32,000 nt of DNA from Candidatus Saccharimonadota bacterium. Lineage in GTDB: Bacteria > Patescibacteriota > Patescibacteriia > 2-12-FULL-60-25. Every line of letters begins with the position of its first letter. The stretch's first letter is position 1. The position numbers and the translations under genes are program-made. Positions 1-7,405 of the stretch are shown here, one piece after another. Under the pieces are notes generated by a model. It had not been told where the DNA came from. It did no database searches and saw only the letters and a program-made list of their open reading frames with translations. Location of the stretch: contig JALHOH010000001.1 of the NCBI GenBank assembly GCA_022843095.1, positions 540,001 to 572,000 of the forward strand, given 5' to 3'.

Positions 1-1008
1 CGCATCATGGCCAACCCCGATCGGTTTGCGGCGGGGACGGTGATCGAATCCAAGGTCGACAAGGGCGAAGGGCATGTGGCGACGGTGCTGGTACAGACCG
101 GAACGCTTCGCCGGAATGATTGGTTGGCGGTTGGAAATGCCGCGTACGGTCGTGTGCGTTTGATGCGCGATTGGACCGGAAAGGCGTTGGAAGTGGCGCC
201 GCCAGGCACGCCAGTGAAGATTCTTGGATTCAAGGTCGCGCCAGCCGTTGGAGATATCGTGGAAGTGCCGGAAGATGTGAAGGCGCTTGAACAAAAGAAA
301 TCTTGGAATACGCGTCAGTCGACCGAGAAACTTACGGCGACGCAGGCGCAACCGGTAGAAGGGGATGCATCGCAAGAAAAGAAAACGTTGCATGTCGTGC
401 TCAAGACTGACGTGTTGGGTTCGTTGGAAGCGATTTTGGGGATGTTAGAAAAGATCCAGCACGAACTGGTCGCAGTGAAGGTGATCCAAAAAGGGTTGGG
501 GAACGTGACCGATGCGGACATCGAACGCGCGGCAACTAACCAGCCGTCCGTCGTGTACGGGTTTAACGTGTTGCTTCCGGCGACGATCGAAGCGCTTGCG
601 CGTGACAAGGGGGTCGAAACCAAGCTCGCAAAGGTGATTTACGATCTCTTTGATGACGTCGTGGCCAAATTGAACGCCCTGCTTCCGCAAGAGGTGATCG
701 TGACGGAAATTGGTCAGGCCGAAGTCGCCGCCATTTTCCGCACGGAAACGGGATCGATCATTCTTGGGGCAAAGGTGAAGGAAGGAAAGATCACTCCTGG
801 GGCAAAAGCACGTGTCTGGCGCGGGGAAACACCGCTTGGCACCGGGATCATCGAAACGGTGCAAATCGGGAAATCCGTCGTCAAAGAGGTGGCCGGCGGA
901 CAGGAATGTGGGATGCACTTCAAGGGAAAGGTGAAGCTGCAGCCTGGCGATCGTCTGGAAGCGTACACCGAAGAATCAAAGGCACGAAAAATCGAAAACT
1001 TCCGGTAA
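1..1008 (+). CDS. infB: Translation initiation factor IF-2, C-terminal portion (5' end outside window)
   Basis: The frame is open from base 1. The product (VIESKVDKGEGHVATVLVQTGTLRRNDW..., GECGMHFKG...GDRLEAY) matches the conserved IF-2 domain II/C1/C2 layout. The stop is at 1006-1008 and is followed by a hairpin. Confidence 0.9.
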   Translation, partial: RIMANPDRFAAGTVIESKVDKGEGHVATVLVQTGTLRRNDWLAVGNAAYGRVRLMRDWTGKALEVAPPGTPVKILGFKVAPAVGDIVEVPEDVKALEQKKSWNTRQSTEKLTATQAQPVEGDASQEKKTLHVVLKTDVLGSLEAILGMLEKIQHELVAVKVIQKGLGNVTDADIERAATNQPSVVYGFNVLLPATIEALARDKGVETKLAKVIYDLFDDVVAKLNALLPQEVIVTEIGQAEVAAIFRTETGSIILGAKVKEGKITPGAKARVWRGETPLGTGIIETVQIGKSVVKEVAGGQECGMHFKGKVKLQPGDRLEAYTEESKARKIENFR

Positions 1009-1013
1009 CAAAG

Positions 1014-1042
1014 AAACCCCTCTGCCGTGTGCAGAGGGGTTT
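1014..1042. terminator. Hairpin between infB and a convergent small ORF, possibly a bidirectional terminator
   Basis: aaacccctctg (1014-1024) and cagaggggttt (1032-1042) form a perfect 11-bp stem with a 7-nt loop. The hairpin is flanked by A-rich sequence on the left and T-containing sequence on the right. Confidence 0.6.
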
Positions 1043-1043
1043 G

Positions 1044-1262
1044 TTAGTAGCGGTTTGGATCTTTCGCAAGCCGTTCTGCCATGCGTTCCCAGTCGCGTTC
1101 GCACTGGCGTTCGTATTCTTGCCAGGCGATGGACCACCGGATCCTCTCCCGCCAGTACCACGCCCGCACCTCCGGGATGCGGTGGAGCTGGAACAGGGGG
1201 GTGAACAGGCCGCACACGAGGAGTGCGTGCAAAAACATCCAGCCGATAAAAAGAGCCACCAC
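1044..1262 (-). CDS. Small hypothetical membrane protein (72 aa, GTG start)
   Basis: The ORF has one hydrophobic N-terminal helix (VALFIGWMFLHALLVCGLFTPLF) followed by a Trp/Arg/Glu-rich tail. AAGGAGAG lies 6 nt upstream of the GTG start on the - strand. The ORF ends at the 1014-1042 hairpin. I recognise no homologous family. Confidence 0.45.
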   Translation of the reverse strand: MVALFIGWMFLHALLVCGLFTPLFQLHRIPEVRAWYWRERIRWSIAWQEYERQCERDWERMAERLAKDPNRY

Positions 1263-1350
1263 CTTCGTCTCTCCTTTTCCGCAGGGAATTGCGGGCTCCT
1301 AGCGTGGCAGATTTTCTTTTCCTTGTCGATGGTGGCTTTTTTTGCCCTGG

Positions 1351-1378
1351 TTGCGATGATTGTTCCGAGTGCTAAGAT
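1351..1378 (+). promoter_or_regulatory. Candidate sigma70-type promoter for trxA, with an extended -10
   Basis: TTGCGA (1351-1356), a 16-nt spacer, then TGc-TAAGAT (1370-1378). The element lies about 34 nt upstream of the trxA ATG. Confidence 0.3.
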
Positions 1379-1411
1379 GGGTTGGGGGTACCATTCTTTA
1401 CTGTTTGTGAT

Positions 1412-1735
1412 ATGGCACATGTTTTTACGGAAGCAAATTTTGACCAAGAAGTGTTGCAATCGAACGCACCGGTGTTGGTGGATTTTTGGGCGGAATGGTG
1501 CGGTCCATGCCGGATGATGGCGCCTGTAATCGATGAGCTTTCCCAGGAGATCCCAGAACAGAAGCTCAAGATTGGAAAATTGAACGTCGACCAAGCGGGG
1601 AGTTTGGCGATGAAATACAATGTCATGTCTATTCCCACCTTTTTGGTGTTTCAGGGAGGGCAGGTGGTGGATACGATCGTTGGAGGGATGCCGAAAGAGG
1701 CGTTTGTCCAAAAACTGCAACGGTATTTGGCGTAA
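1412..1735 (+). CDS. trxA: Thioredoxin
   Basis: The WCGPC active site sits in a canonical context (VLVDFWAEWCGPCRMMAP...SIPTFLVF). I prefer the ATG at 1412 over the upstream TTG at 1382, which would add a non-conserved extension. Confidence 0.92.
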   Translation: MAHVFTEANFDQEVLQSNAPVLVDFWAEWCGPCRMMAPVIDELSQEIPEQKLKIGKLNVDQAGSLAMKYNVMSIPTFLVFQGGQVVDTIVGGMPKEAFVQKLQRYLA

Positions 1736-1741
1736 TCGTGT

Positions 1742-2671
1742 ATGCGAAACGTCATCATTATTGGATCCGGCCCAGCGGGGTGGACGGCTGCGGTGTATGC
1801 CGCGCGTGCCAACTTGCAGCCGATCCTGTTTGAAGGCCACGAGCCTGGTGGTCAGCTCATGACCACAACGGATGTAGAGAACTTTCCTGGGTTTCCGGAA
1901 GGGATTCAGGGGCCGGAGCTCATGCGTCTCATGCGAGAGCAGGCAAAACGATTTGGAACGGAAATCGTCTCCGAATTGGTGGAATCTCTGAAGCCCATCG
2001 ATGGGGGATTTGAGGTCGTGGTAAAAGGGCAGGCACATCAGGCGAAAACGGTGATTCTTTCGACCGGGGCAACCGCGCGACGGCTGGGATTGGAATCCGA
2101 AAAAGCATTATACGGCAAAGGGGTTTCTGCCTGCGCGACCTGCGACGGGTTCTTTTTCCGTGGAAAAAAGGTCATCATCGTGGGGGGTGGCGATAGCGCC
2201 ATGGAAGAGGCGATGTTTCTGACGCGGTTTGCGGAACACGTGACCGTGGTGCATCGCCGGGCGGAATTTCGTGCGTCGAAAATCATGCAGGAACGTGTGC
2301 TGAACCATCCAAAAATCTCGGTCATCTGGAATGCGGCGATCGAGGAGATTCTGGGCGTGGATGTGGGGCATGTGACGGGTGTGCGGCTCAAGGATACGGT
2401 GACGGGTGAGACAAAGGAGATACCGATCGATGGCGTTTTTGCGGCGATCGGGCATGAGCCGAATGTGGCGCTCGTAAAAGGGTTGGTGGATTTGGACGAA
2501 AAGGGGTACATCCAAACCGTTCCCGGACGCGCGCTGACCAATATTCCCGGACTGTTTGCGTGTGGAGATGTTCAAGATCACCGGTATCGTCAGGCAATCA
2601 CCGCCGCAGGCAGTGGCTGCATGGCTGCGTTGGAAGCGGAGCGGTATTTGGCGGATCACGAAACAGCGTAG
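1742..2671 (+). CDS. trxB: Thioredoxin-disulfide reductase
   Basis: An N-terminal GSGPAG FAD motif, the CATCDG redox-active disulfide, a GGGDSAMEEA NADPH motif and a typical length of 309 aa. It lies 6 nt downstream of trxA. Confidence 0.93.
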   Translation: MRNVIIIGSGPAGWTAAVYAARANLQPILFEGHEPGGQLMTTTDVENFPGFPEGIQGPELMRLMREQAKRFGTEIVSELVESLKPIDGGFEVVVKGQAHQAKTVILSTGATARRLGLESEKALYGKGVSACATCDGFFFRGKKVIIVGGGDSAMEEAMFLTRFAEHVTVVHRRAEFRASKIMQERVLNHPKISVIWNAAIEEILGVDVGHVTGVRLKDTVTGETKEIPIDGVFAAIGHEPNVALVKGLVDLDEKGYIQTVPGRALTNIPGLFACGDVQDHRYRQAITAAGSGCMAALEAERYLADHETA

Positions 2672-2674
2672 TCT

Positions 2675-3895
2675 ATGTCGTTTCTCCAGCAAGCGTTTGC
2701 GCCCATTGAGGCGATTGCGGAACGGGTCGGGCTCGATCCATTTGTCCTTGCACGACTACGTCATCCTGAGCGGGTGTTGGATGTGCATTTTCCGCTTGTT
2801 CGGGACGACGGGACAAAAGAGATTTTGCGCGGCTATCGGGTGCAGTGGTCAAGTGCGCGCGGGCCGTACAAGGGTGGAATTCGCTTTCATCCGCAGGTGG
2901 ATATGGATGAGGTCGGGGCTCTCGCGTTCTTGATGGCGCTTAAATGCGCGGTGGTTGGGATACCGTACGGTGGGGGCAAAGGCGGGGTCGCGATCCATCC
3001 GAAGCAGTATAGCGACGCCGAACAAGAGCGAGTGATTCGTGGATACGCCAAGGCGATCGCAGATGGCATTGGGCCGACGAAGGATATTCCTGCCCCGGAT
3101 GTGGCGACAAACCCGCGGTTGATGGATGCATTTGCATCCGCATATGCCGAGGTGATCGGCCATGCAGAACCAGCCGTGGTTACGGGAAAAACGCTTGCAG
3201 CGGGTGGTTCAGAGGGGCGTGGACGCGCGACAGCGCAGGGCGGGTTTTATGTCTTGCAGCAGGTGTTGGAGGCGCGTCACATGGATCCAGAGTCACGGAC
3301 GGCGGTGGTCCAGGGTTTTGGTAACGCCGGGCAGACCATGGCGGAGATTTTGTTTCACCACGGTTTTTCGATAACCGCGGTCTCAGATTCAAAGGGTGGT
3401 ATTCGGCATCAGGCTGGGTTGGATATCCCGGCGCTTGTTGCCTACAAGGAAACGCACGGCTCGGTGATCGGGTTCCCGGGGGCAGAGCCAATCTCACAGG
3501 AGGAGTTGCTGGCAACGCCATGCGGAGTACTCGTTCCAGCCGCATTAGAGCGCCAGATTACCGTAGAAAATGCCGAACAGATTCGTGCACAGATGATTCT
3601 TGAATTGGCGAACGGTCCAACGACCGCAGAAGCGGATGTGATGCTTGCGAAACAGGGTATTCCCGTAATTCCGGATATTTTGGCAAATAGCGGGGGTGTT
3701 GCGGTTTCATTCTTTGAATGGGAACAGAATCGCGTAGGGGAGCATTGGACGGCGGCAGAGGTCGACGGGCGACTCCATGCCCTGCTAAAAGAAGCTACGC
3801 GGGATGTCCTTGCGACGGCAGAAGAGCTTGGGATGACTTATCGTGAGGCGGCGTATGCGGTCGCATTGCGGCGCATTGGTCAGGCGATGAAATAA
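2675..3895 (+). CDS. gdhA: Glutamate dehydrogenase (Glu/Leu/Phe/Val dehydrogenase family)
   Basis: Shows the GGGKGG catalytic-lysine motif, a QGFGNAG Rossmann motif and a C-terminal ANSGGV...EW motif. The ATG lies 3 nt after the trxB stop, so co-transcription is likely. Confidence 0.88.
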   Translation: MSFLQQAFAPIEAIAERVGLDPFVLARLRHPERVLDVHFPLVRDDGTKEILRGYRVQWSSARGPYKGGIRFHPQVDMDEVGALAFLMALKCAVVGIPYGGGKGGVAIHPKQYSDAEQERVIRGYAKAIADGIGPTKDIPAPDVATNPRLMDAFASAYAEVIGHAEPAVVTGKTLAAGGSEGRGRATAQGGFYVLQQVLEARHMDPESRTAVVQGFGNAGQTMAEILFHHGFSITAVSDSKGGIRHQAGLDIPALVAYKETHGSVIGFPGAEPISQEELLATPCGVLVPAALERQITVENAEQIRAQMILELANGPTTAEADVMLAKQGIPVIPDILANSGGVAVSFFEWEQNRVGEHWTAAEVDGRLHALLKEATRDVLATAEELGMTYREAAYAVALRRIGQAMK

Positions 3896-3915
3896 TCAGA
3901 TGGCGCAAGATACAC

Positions 3916-3940
3916 AAAACCCCCGGAAAACGGGGGTTTT
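3916..3940 (+). terminator. Rho-independent terminator of the trxA-trxB-gdh operon
   Basis: aaaacccccg / cgggggtttt forms a 10-bp stem around a gaaaa loop and ends in a T run. It starts 21 nt after the gdh stop. Confidence 0.8.
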
Positions 3941-4229
3941 GTCACGAGACAAGGGCTTTAGCAATCCGCACCCAAGAAACTTTTCAGGAGGAGAGTGCTA
4001 GTCCGGAGACCAGCCGCATCCTCGAATAAAAGTTCCATGCTTGTCGTGGATGCGGATTGCGAAAGACCTCGTTTCAACGGTCAGAAAACCCTAGCAAAAT
4101 ATAGTACGTTCGTCAAGGGTCTTTTGTGACACGTGGAGGGGTGGAAGGAATGTTCCCAGGGAGTAAAAAAAGGACGCCCGGGGACTGAAAATGGGCCACA
4201 CCCACTATTCTACTCCTGAAATTACAAGG
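3941..4229. other. Unassigned structured intergenic region (candidate sRNA or decayed gene)
   Basis: About 290 bp lie between two convergent terminators with no ORF of 60 aa or more. Complementary segments include gcaatccgca (3961-3970) with tgcggattgc (4051-4060), ccgcatcc (4014-4021) with ggatgcgg (4048-4055), and aaagacc (4062-4068) with ggtcttt (4118-4124). Confidence 0.2.
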
Positions 4230-4257
4230 AAAAGCGGCCTTTGTCAAGACCGCTTTT
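4230..4257 (-). terminator. Bidirectional hairpin terminator downstream of the vanW-family gene
   Basis: aaaagcgg ... ccgctttt forms a stem with an A run on one side and a T run on the other. It lies 10 nt from the stop of the 4268..6145 gene. Confidence 0.65.
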
Positions 4258-4267
4258 TTCTATGGGG

Positions 4268-6145
4268 TTAGTTCGGATTGTTCACGCCGGTCTCATCGAC
4301 CCCGGACTCTGAGCCGGCGGTAATTTTTTCCACCCCGACCAGACACACGGCGCCCCATGGACGATAGTAACTGTTGAACGTAGTTGAGGTTGCCGTTCCA
4401 TCGGCGTACTTCACGGAGTAATCAAGAGACGCGCTTGCTCCTGCGTGTGCCGATTCGGTGCATTTGATCTGTCCTGGTTTGAGTTCTGTGGTTTCGATCA
4501 GCTTTTTCGGCGGAGGGGGGACGATGTTGTAGATACGAGGTTTGCCGACGGTAGCGATACGTCCGTCCGAGGTCCCCCAAATCGTGTACGCGAGACGCGG
4601 ATATTTATTCTCCGTCGTGACAAGAATGTGGTGCCCAGTATCATTGCGAAAACGATAATCCGGAGAGGGTTCGTAGATCGTGGCGTCCGTACCAGCGGGT
4701 TCGTAGTAGCGCACGCGATAGCTGTGATTGCGTCGTTCAACAACCGGCAACCCGGCTTGCAGGGTCGTCCGGAAGATCGTTGTTCCGACCTGGCAGAGCC
4801 CTCCGCCGTATTCTGGTGTGGTTTTATTGCCCTTGATGACGAGTTCTGGGAGCCATCCGTTTGCTCCGTTCACGGCGCCGAGCACCGTGAGAAGAGAAAA
4901 TGTTTCACCGGGAGCAATCAGTGTTCCATGCACTTTTTTGGTACCAAGCGAGATATTGTGGCGGCGATTTGCGGGTGATCCGTCGTAATATGATACGCCC
5001 GTTCCAAGTGCTTCACGAATACCGAGACGTTCGGCGTCCGGTCCCAGGATCTTTGGGACACGTTTTTCGAGCGTGAGAGGGATGGTGGTACTACCGTTTT
5101 GCCAATAGGAGACCAGTGTCTGCACGGACGTGGCAACTGCAAGATCTACCCCTTCGACCGGGGCCGTAAATTCTACAAGTTTTCCTTGTTCATCCATTTT
5201 GAGAAAACCATCCTGTGCCGTTTTCATGAACGGGGTCAGCAGCGGACGGACGGAGCTCGCAAAACTAATAGGATCAACAGTTAACGCGTATCCTGAGCTC
5301 CCGCCATCCTGCGGGGGAACGGCGGTGAGCCATTCTGCGGCGGTGGAGCTCGAAATAACCCATTTCTTTTCATCCGTCGTGAGGGTGAGTGGGGGGTACG
5401 ACATCCAGCGAGCGGCTTCTTCGCGAGCAAACGTAAGATCCTCGGCCCGAATGGCAGCCTTATTGACCACACGTCGAATTTCGATGGTACGTGCTTCAAG
5501 TCGGGTGAGTAAATCGGTGGCATCTTGAATGGCTTGTTTGAGATCGTATGCAACGCCGTCTTGTTCGGGTTCGATAAAAATACGAAGCGTATTCGCCGGT
5601 TTTTCTACTCGGACGCGTAGGACGGCGTCGCGCGTTTCTTGTGGTTGGACGGCAGGGTCTTGTGCGAGCGCCGCTTCTAAACCCGCGTGGTCAAACGTGA
5701 CGGGGACAGGGACGGTTGTCCGATCCACCCGGAGACGCATCCGGTACAGAAAATCGGACCAAAATCGCCCCGTTCTTCCGATGGCGTAGGCGTTTTCAAT
5801 GGATGAATCCACATCGTACCGCGCCAGTTCTTTTGCGAGATCCGGGTCGGTGATTGGCGTAAGTGAGAGCGGGATTTGAAGGATTTTTCCGTCCAAGGAA
5901 AAAGAAAGTCCTTGCTGCAGTAACGCATCGATACGTTCATGGACTTTGGATCTGGCTTCTTCTCGCGTATATCCATCTAAGACGATCCCATCGATAGAGA
6001 CCCCGGGAAAGATTTTTCCCGCGTAGGTGCGTTCGTACCAAATACCTCCTGCCACAAAGAATCCGGCGAGCGCGGCATGGATGGCGATGACAACGCATGC
6101 CCAGACGAGGGTAACGCGCAGCCAAGGAAAGCGAGAGTCGTTCAT
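4268..6145 (-). CDS. VanW/YoaR-family cell-wall-associated protein with an N-terminal membrane anchor
   Basis: N-terminal TM helix (VTLVWACVVIAIHAALAGFFVAGGIW). The central region resembles the peptidoglycan-binding region seen in YoaR-like proteins. The VanW core is recognisable (GGGLCQVGTTIFRTTLQAGLPVVERRNHSYRVRYYEP). Confidence 0.8.
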   Translation of the reverse strand: MNDSRFPWLRVTLVWACVVIAIHAALAGFFVAGGIWYERTYAGKIFPGVSIDGIVLDGYTREEARSKVHERIDALLQQGLSFSLDGKILQIPLSLTPITDPDLAKELARYDVDSSIENAYAIGRTGRFWSDFLYRMRLRVDRTTVPVPVTFDHAGLEAALAQDPAVQPQETRDAVLRVRVEKPANTLRIFIEPEQDGVAYDLKQAIQDATDLLTRLEARTIEIRRVVNKAAIRAEDLTFAREEAARWMSYPPLTLTTDEKKWVISSSTAAEWLTAVPPQDGGSSGYALTVDPISFASSVRPLLTPFMKTAQDGFLKMDEQGKLVEFTAPVEGVDLAVATSVQTLVSYWQNGSTTIPLTLEKRVPKILGPDAERLGIREALGTGVSYYDGSPANRRHNISLGTKKVHGTLIAPGETFSLLTVLGAVNGANGWLPELVIKGNKTTPEYGGGLCQVGTTIFRTTLQAGLPVVERRNHSYRVRYYEPAGTDATIYEPSPDYRFRNDTGHHILVTTENKYPRLAYTIWGTSDGRIATVGKPRIYNIVPPPPKKLIETTELKPGQIKCTESAHAGASASLDYSVKYADGTATSTTFNSYYRPWGAVCLVGVEKITAGSESGVDETGVNNPN

Positions 6146-6156
6146 GGAGGGGGAGG

Positions 6157-6564
6157 TTATTCTTCTGCAACTGCGCGAATAGTGACGCGGTGTTCCATTT
6201 GGCGCAAGGGAATGCGGATTTCCAGGACGCCGTTCCGGATCGTGGCTTGAGTCTGGTCGGCAAACACATCTAGTGGCAGCACGATGGATCGACTAAAGGA
6301 GCCCCAATAGCACTCTCGGACAAACCAGTCCTCTTCAAATGCCTGGGCACGGTCTTCGCGTGTCCCGCGAATCGTAAGCAGGTCCCCGTTTAGGGCGACA
6401 TCGATATCTTCCGGTCGAACCCCTGCTACGGGAGAGCGAATCACCAGATCCTTTCCGTCACGAAAGACATCGAGTGCGAGCTCACCCTCGTTCAATGCAG
6501 GGGACCACGCTTCTTCCGGAGCTGGGGTGGACGCGTAATCGACGGGAAAGAATTGGTTGGACAT
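6157..6564 (-). CDS. Small heat-shock protein, Hsp20/alpha-crystallin family
   Basis: Alpha-crystallin domain (LALDVFRDGKDLVIRSPVAGVRPEDIDVALNGDLLTIRG ... GVLEIRIPL). I chose the ATG at 6564 (MSNQFF...) because the longer extension to 6654 looks non-coding. It lies 11 nt upstream of the vanW-family gene on the same strand. Confidence 0.85.
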   Translation of the reverse strand: MSNQFFPVDYASTPAPEEAWSPALNEGELALDVFRDGKDLVIRSPVAGVRPEDIDVALNGDLLTIRGTREDRAQAFEEDWFVRECYWGSFSRSIVLPLDVFADQTQATIRNGVLEIRIPLRQMEHRVTIRAVAEE

Positions 6565-6641
6565 AGAAGCATGATACCGCAAGTTGCGTCGTCCGAAAAT
6601 TCCCATATTCCATCCACAAGGACGTCTCCCGGTTCTGTGTT

Positions 6642-6657
6642 GAACGTGGTACACTGA
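6642..6657 (+). promoter_or_regulatory. Extended -10 promoter-like motif GAACGTGGTACACTGA upstream of the giant-protein operon
   Basis: TGg-TACACT (6648-6655) ends 4 nt before the ATG at 6660 and 16 nt before the ATG at 6672. A near-identical motif recurs at 26163-26180. Confidence 0.35.
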
Positions 6658-6659
6658 GC

Positions 6660-7400
6660 ATGCGGCATCCTATGCCTTTTGCACCACGCGAACGCATGCG
6701 CGAGTGGTGGGATTGCCTCACGGGCGAACAAAAATTCGCCGTGGGGGTATTTGCCGTTTTTGGAACGGCAACATTAGTGCTCTCCTATCAGTTTGTTCGT
6801 CTGCAGATTCAAGCTCCATTTACGGCCACGATCGCGTCCGTTCAAGGGCAGGATCGTACGTTTTTGGAGGACGAAGAATCGGTGGCGAAGAAGGAGCGAG
6901 CGCGCGACACGGATCAAGATGGTTTGAACGATTATCTTGAGAAGAACACGTATCGTACATCGATCTATCTTCGAGATACGGACTCTGATGGGATCCCTGA
7001 TGCCATCGAAGTGGCGCGCGGATCAGATCCGCTTTGCCCAGAAGGCAAGCCCTGCGCGCTACCGTTGAACGTGGATGGGGTAGCAACCTACACCACAAGC
7101 AGTGCCATGCTTCAAGATTTGGTCCAAACGCGTGATGTTCCGTTTATTGAGTCTGCGATGGGGGGTGGGTCTTCTACCCAAGGCGCATTGGATTTCCTTT
7201 CGTCGCCTCCTGATCCATCCACGATGAATGCGGCGCAGGTCCGTGCCTATTTGGTAGAGAATAATTTGGTCCGCGCCGATCAGATTCAAGGCGTTTCCGA
7301 TGCAGACATCCTTTCCATTTATCGATCCAGTTATAACGAAGTCGTTCGTTCGCAGGCGACGCCGAATGCGGTGTCCACTCCCGCTCTTCCAACCCCATAA
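6660..7400 (+). CDS. Membrane-anchored protein with thrombospondin type-3-like Ca-binding repeats
   Basis: One TM helix (FAVGVFAVFGTATLVLSYQFV). Two DxDxDGxxDxxE motifs are present: DTDQDGLNDYLE (6906-6941) and DTDSDGIPDAIE (6975-7007). The stop lies 5 nt before the giant ORF. The start is ambiguous between 6660 and 6672. Confidence 0.7.
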   Translation: MRHPMPFAPRERMREWWDCLTGEQKFAVGVFAVFGTATLVLSYQFVRLQIQAPFTATIASVQGQDRTFLEDEESVAKKERARDTDQDGLNDYLEKNTYRTSIYLRDTDSDGIPDAIEVARGSDPLCPEGKPCALPLNVDGVATYTTSSAMLQDLVQTRDVPFIESAMGGGSSTQGALDFLSSPPDPSTMNAAQVRAYLVENNLVRADQIQGVSDADILSIYRSSYNEVVRSQATPNAVSTPALPTP

Positions 7401-7405
7401 CTTCT

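Noticed and set aside
920-2038. 372-aa ORF on the - strand spanning the infB-trxA spacer, trxA and the start of trxB
   Set aside because: It is antisense to two unambiguous genes carrying the WCGPC and CATCDG motifs. Its product is Arg/His/Pro-rich with no recognisable motif, so it is a shadow ORF.
3990-4100. Possible SRP RNA or RNase P RNA, suggested by AGUCCGGAG resembling GGUCCGGAAGG of SRP helix 8 or AAGUCCGG of RNase P P4, and by CAGAAAACCC resembling ACAGAACCCGG
   Set aside because: The putative tetraloop lacks a closing base pair and the conserved AGCA asymmetric-loop context. No GGUAAGAGC-type CR-II/III element is present, and the proposed P4 strands do not pair. The similarity is limited to 7-mers.
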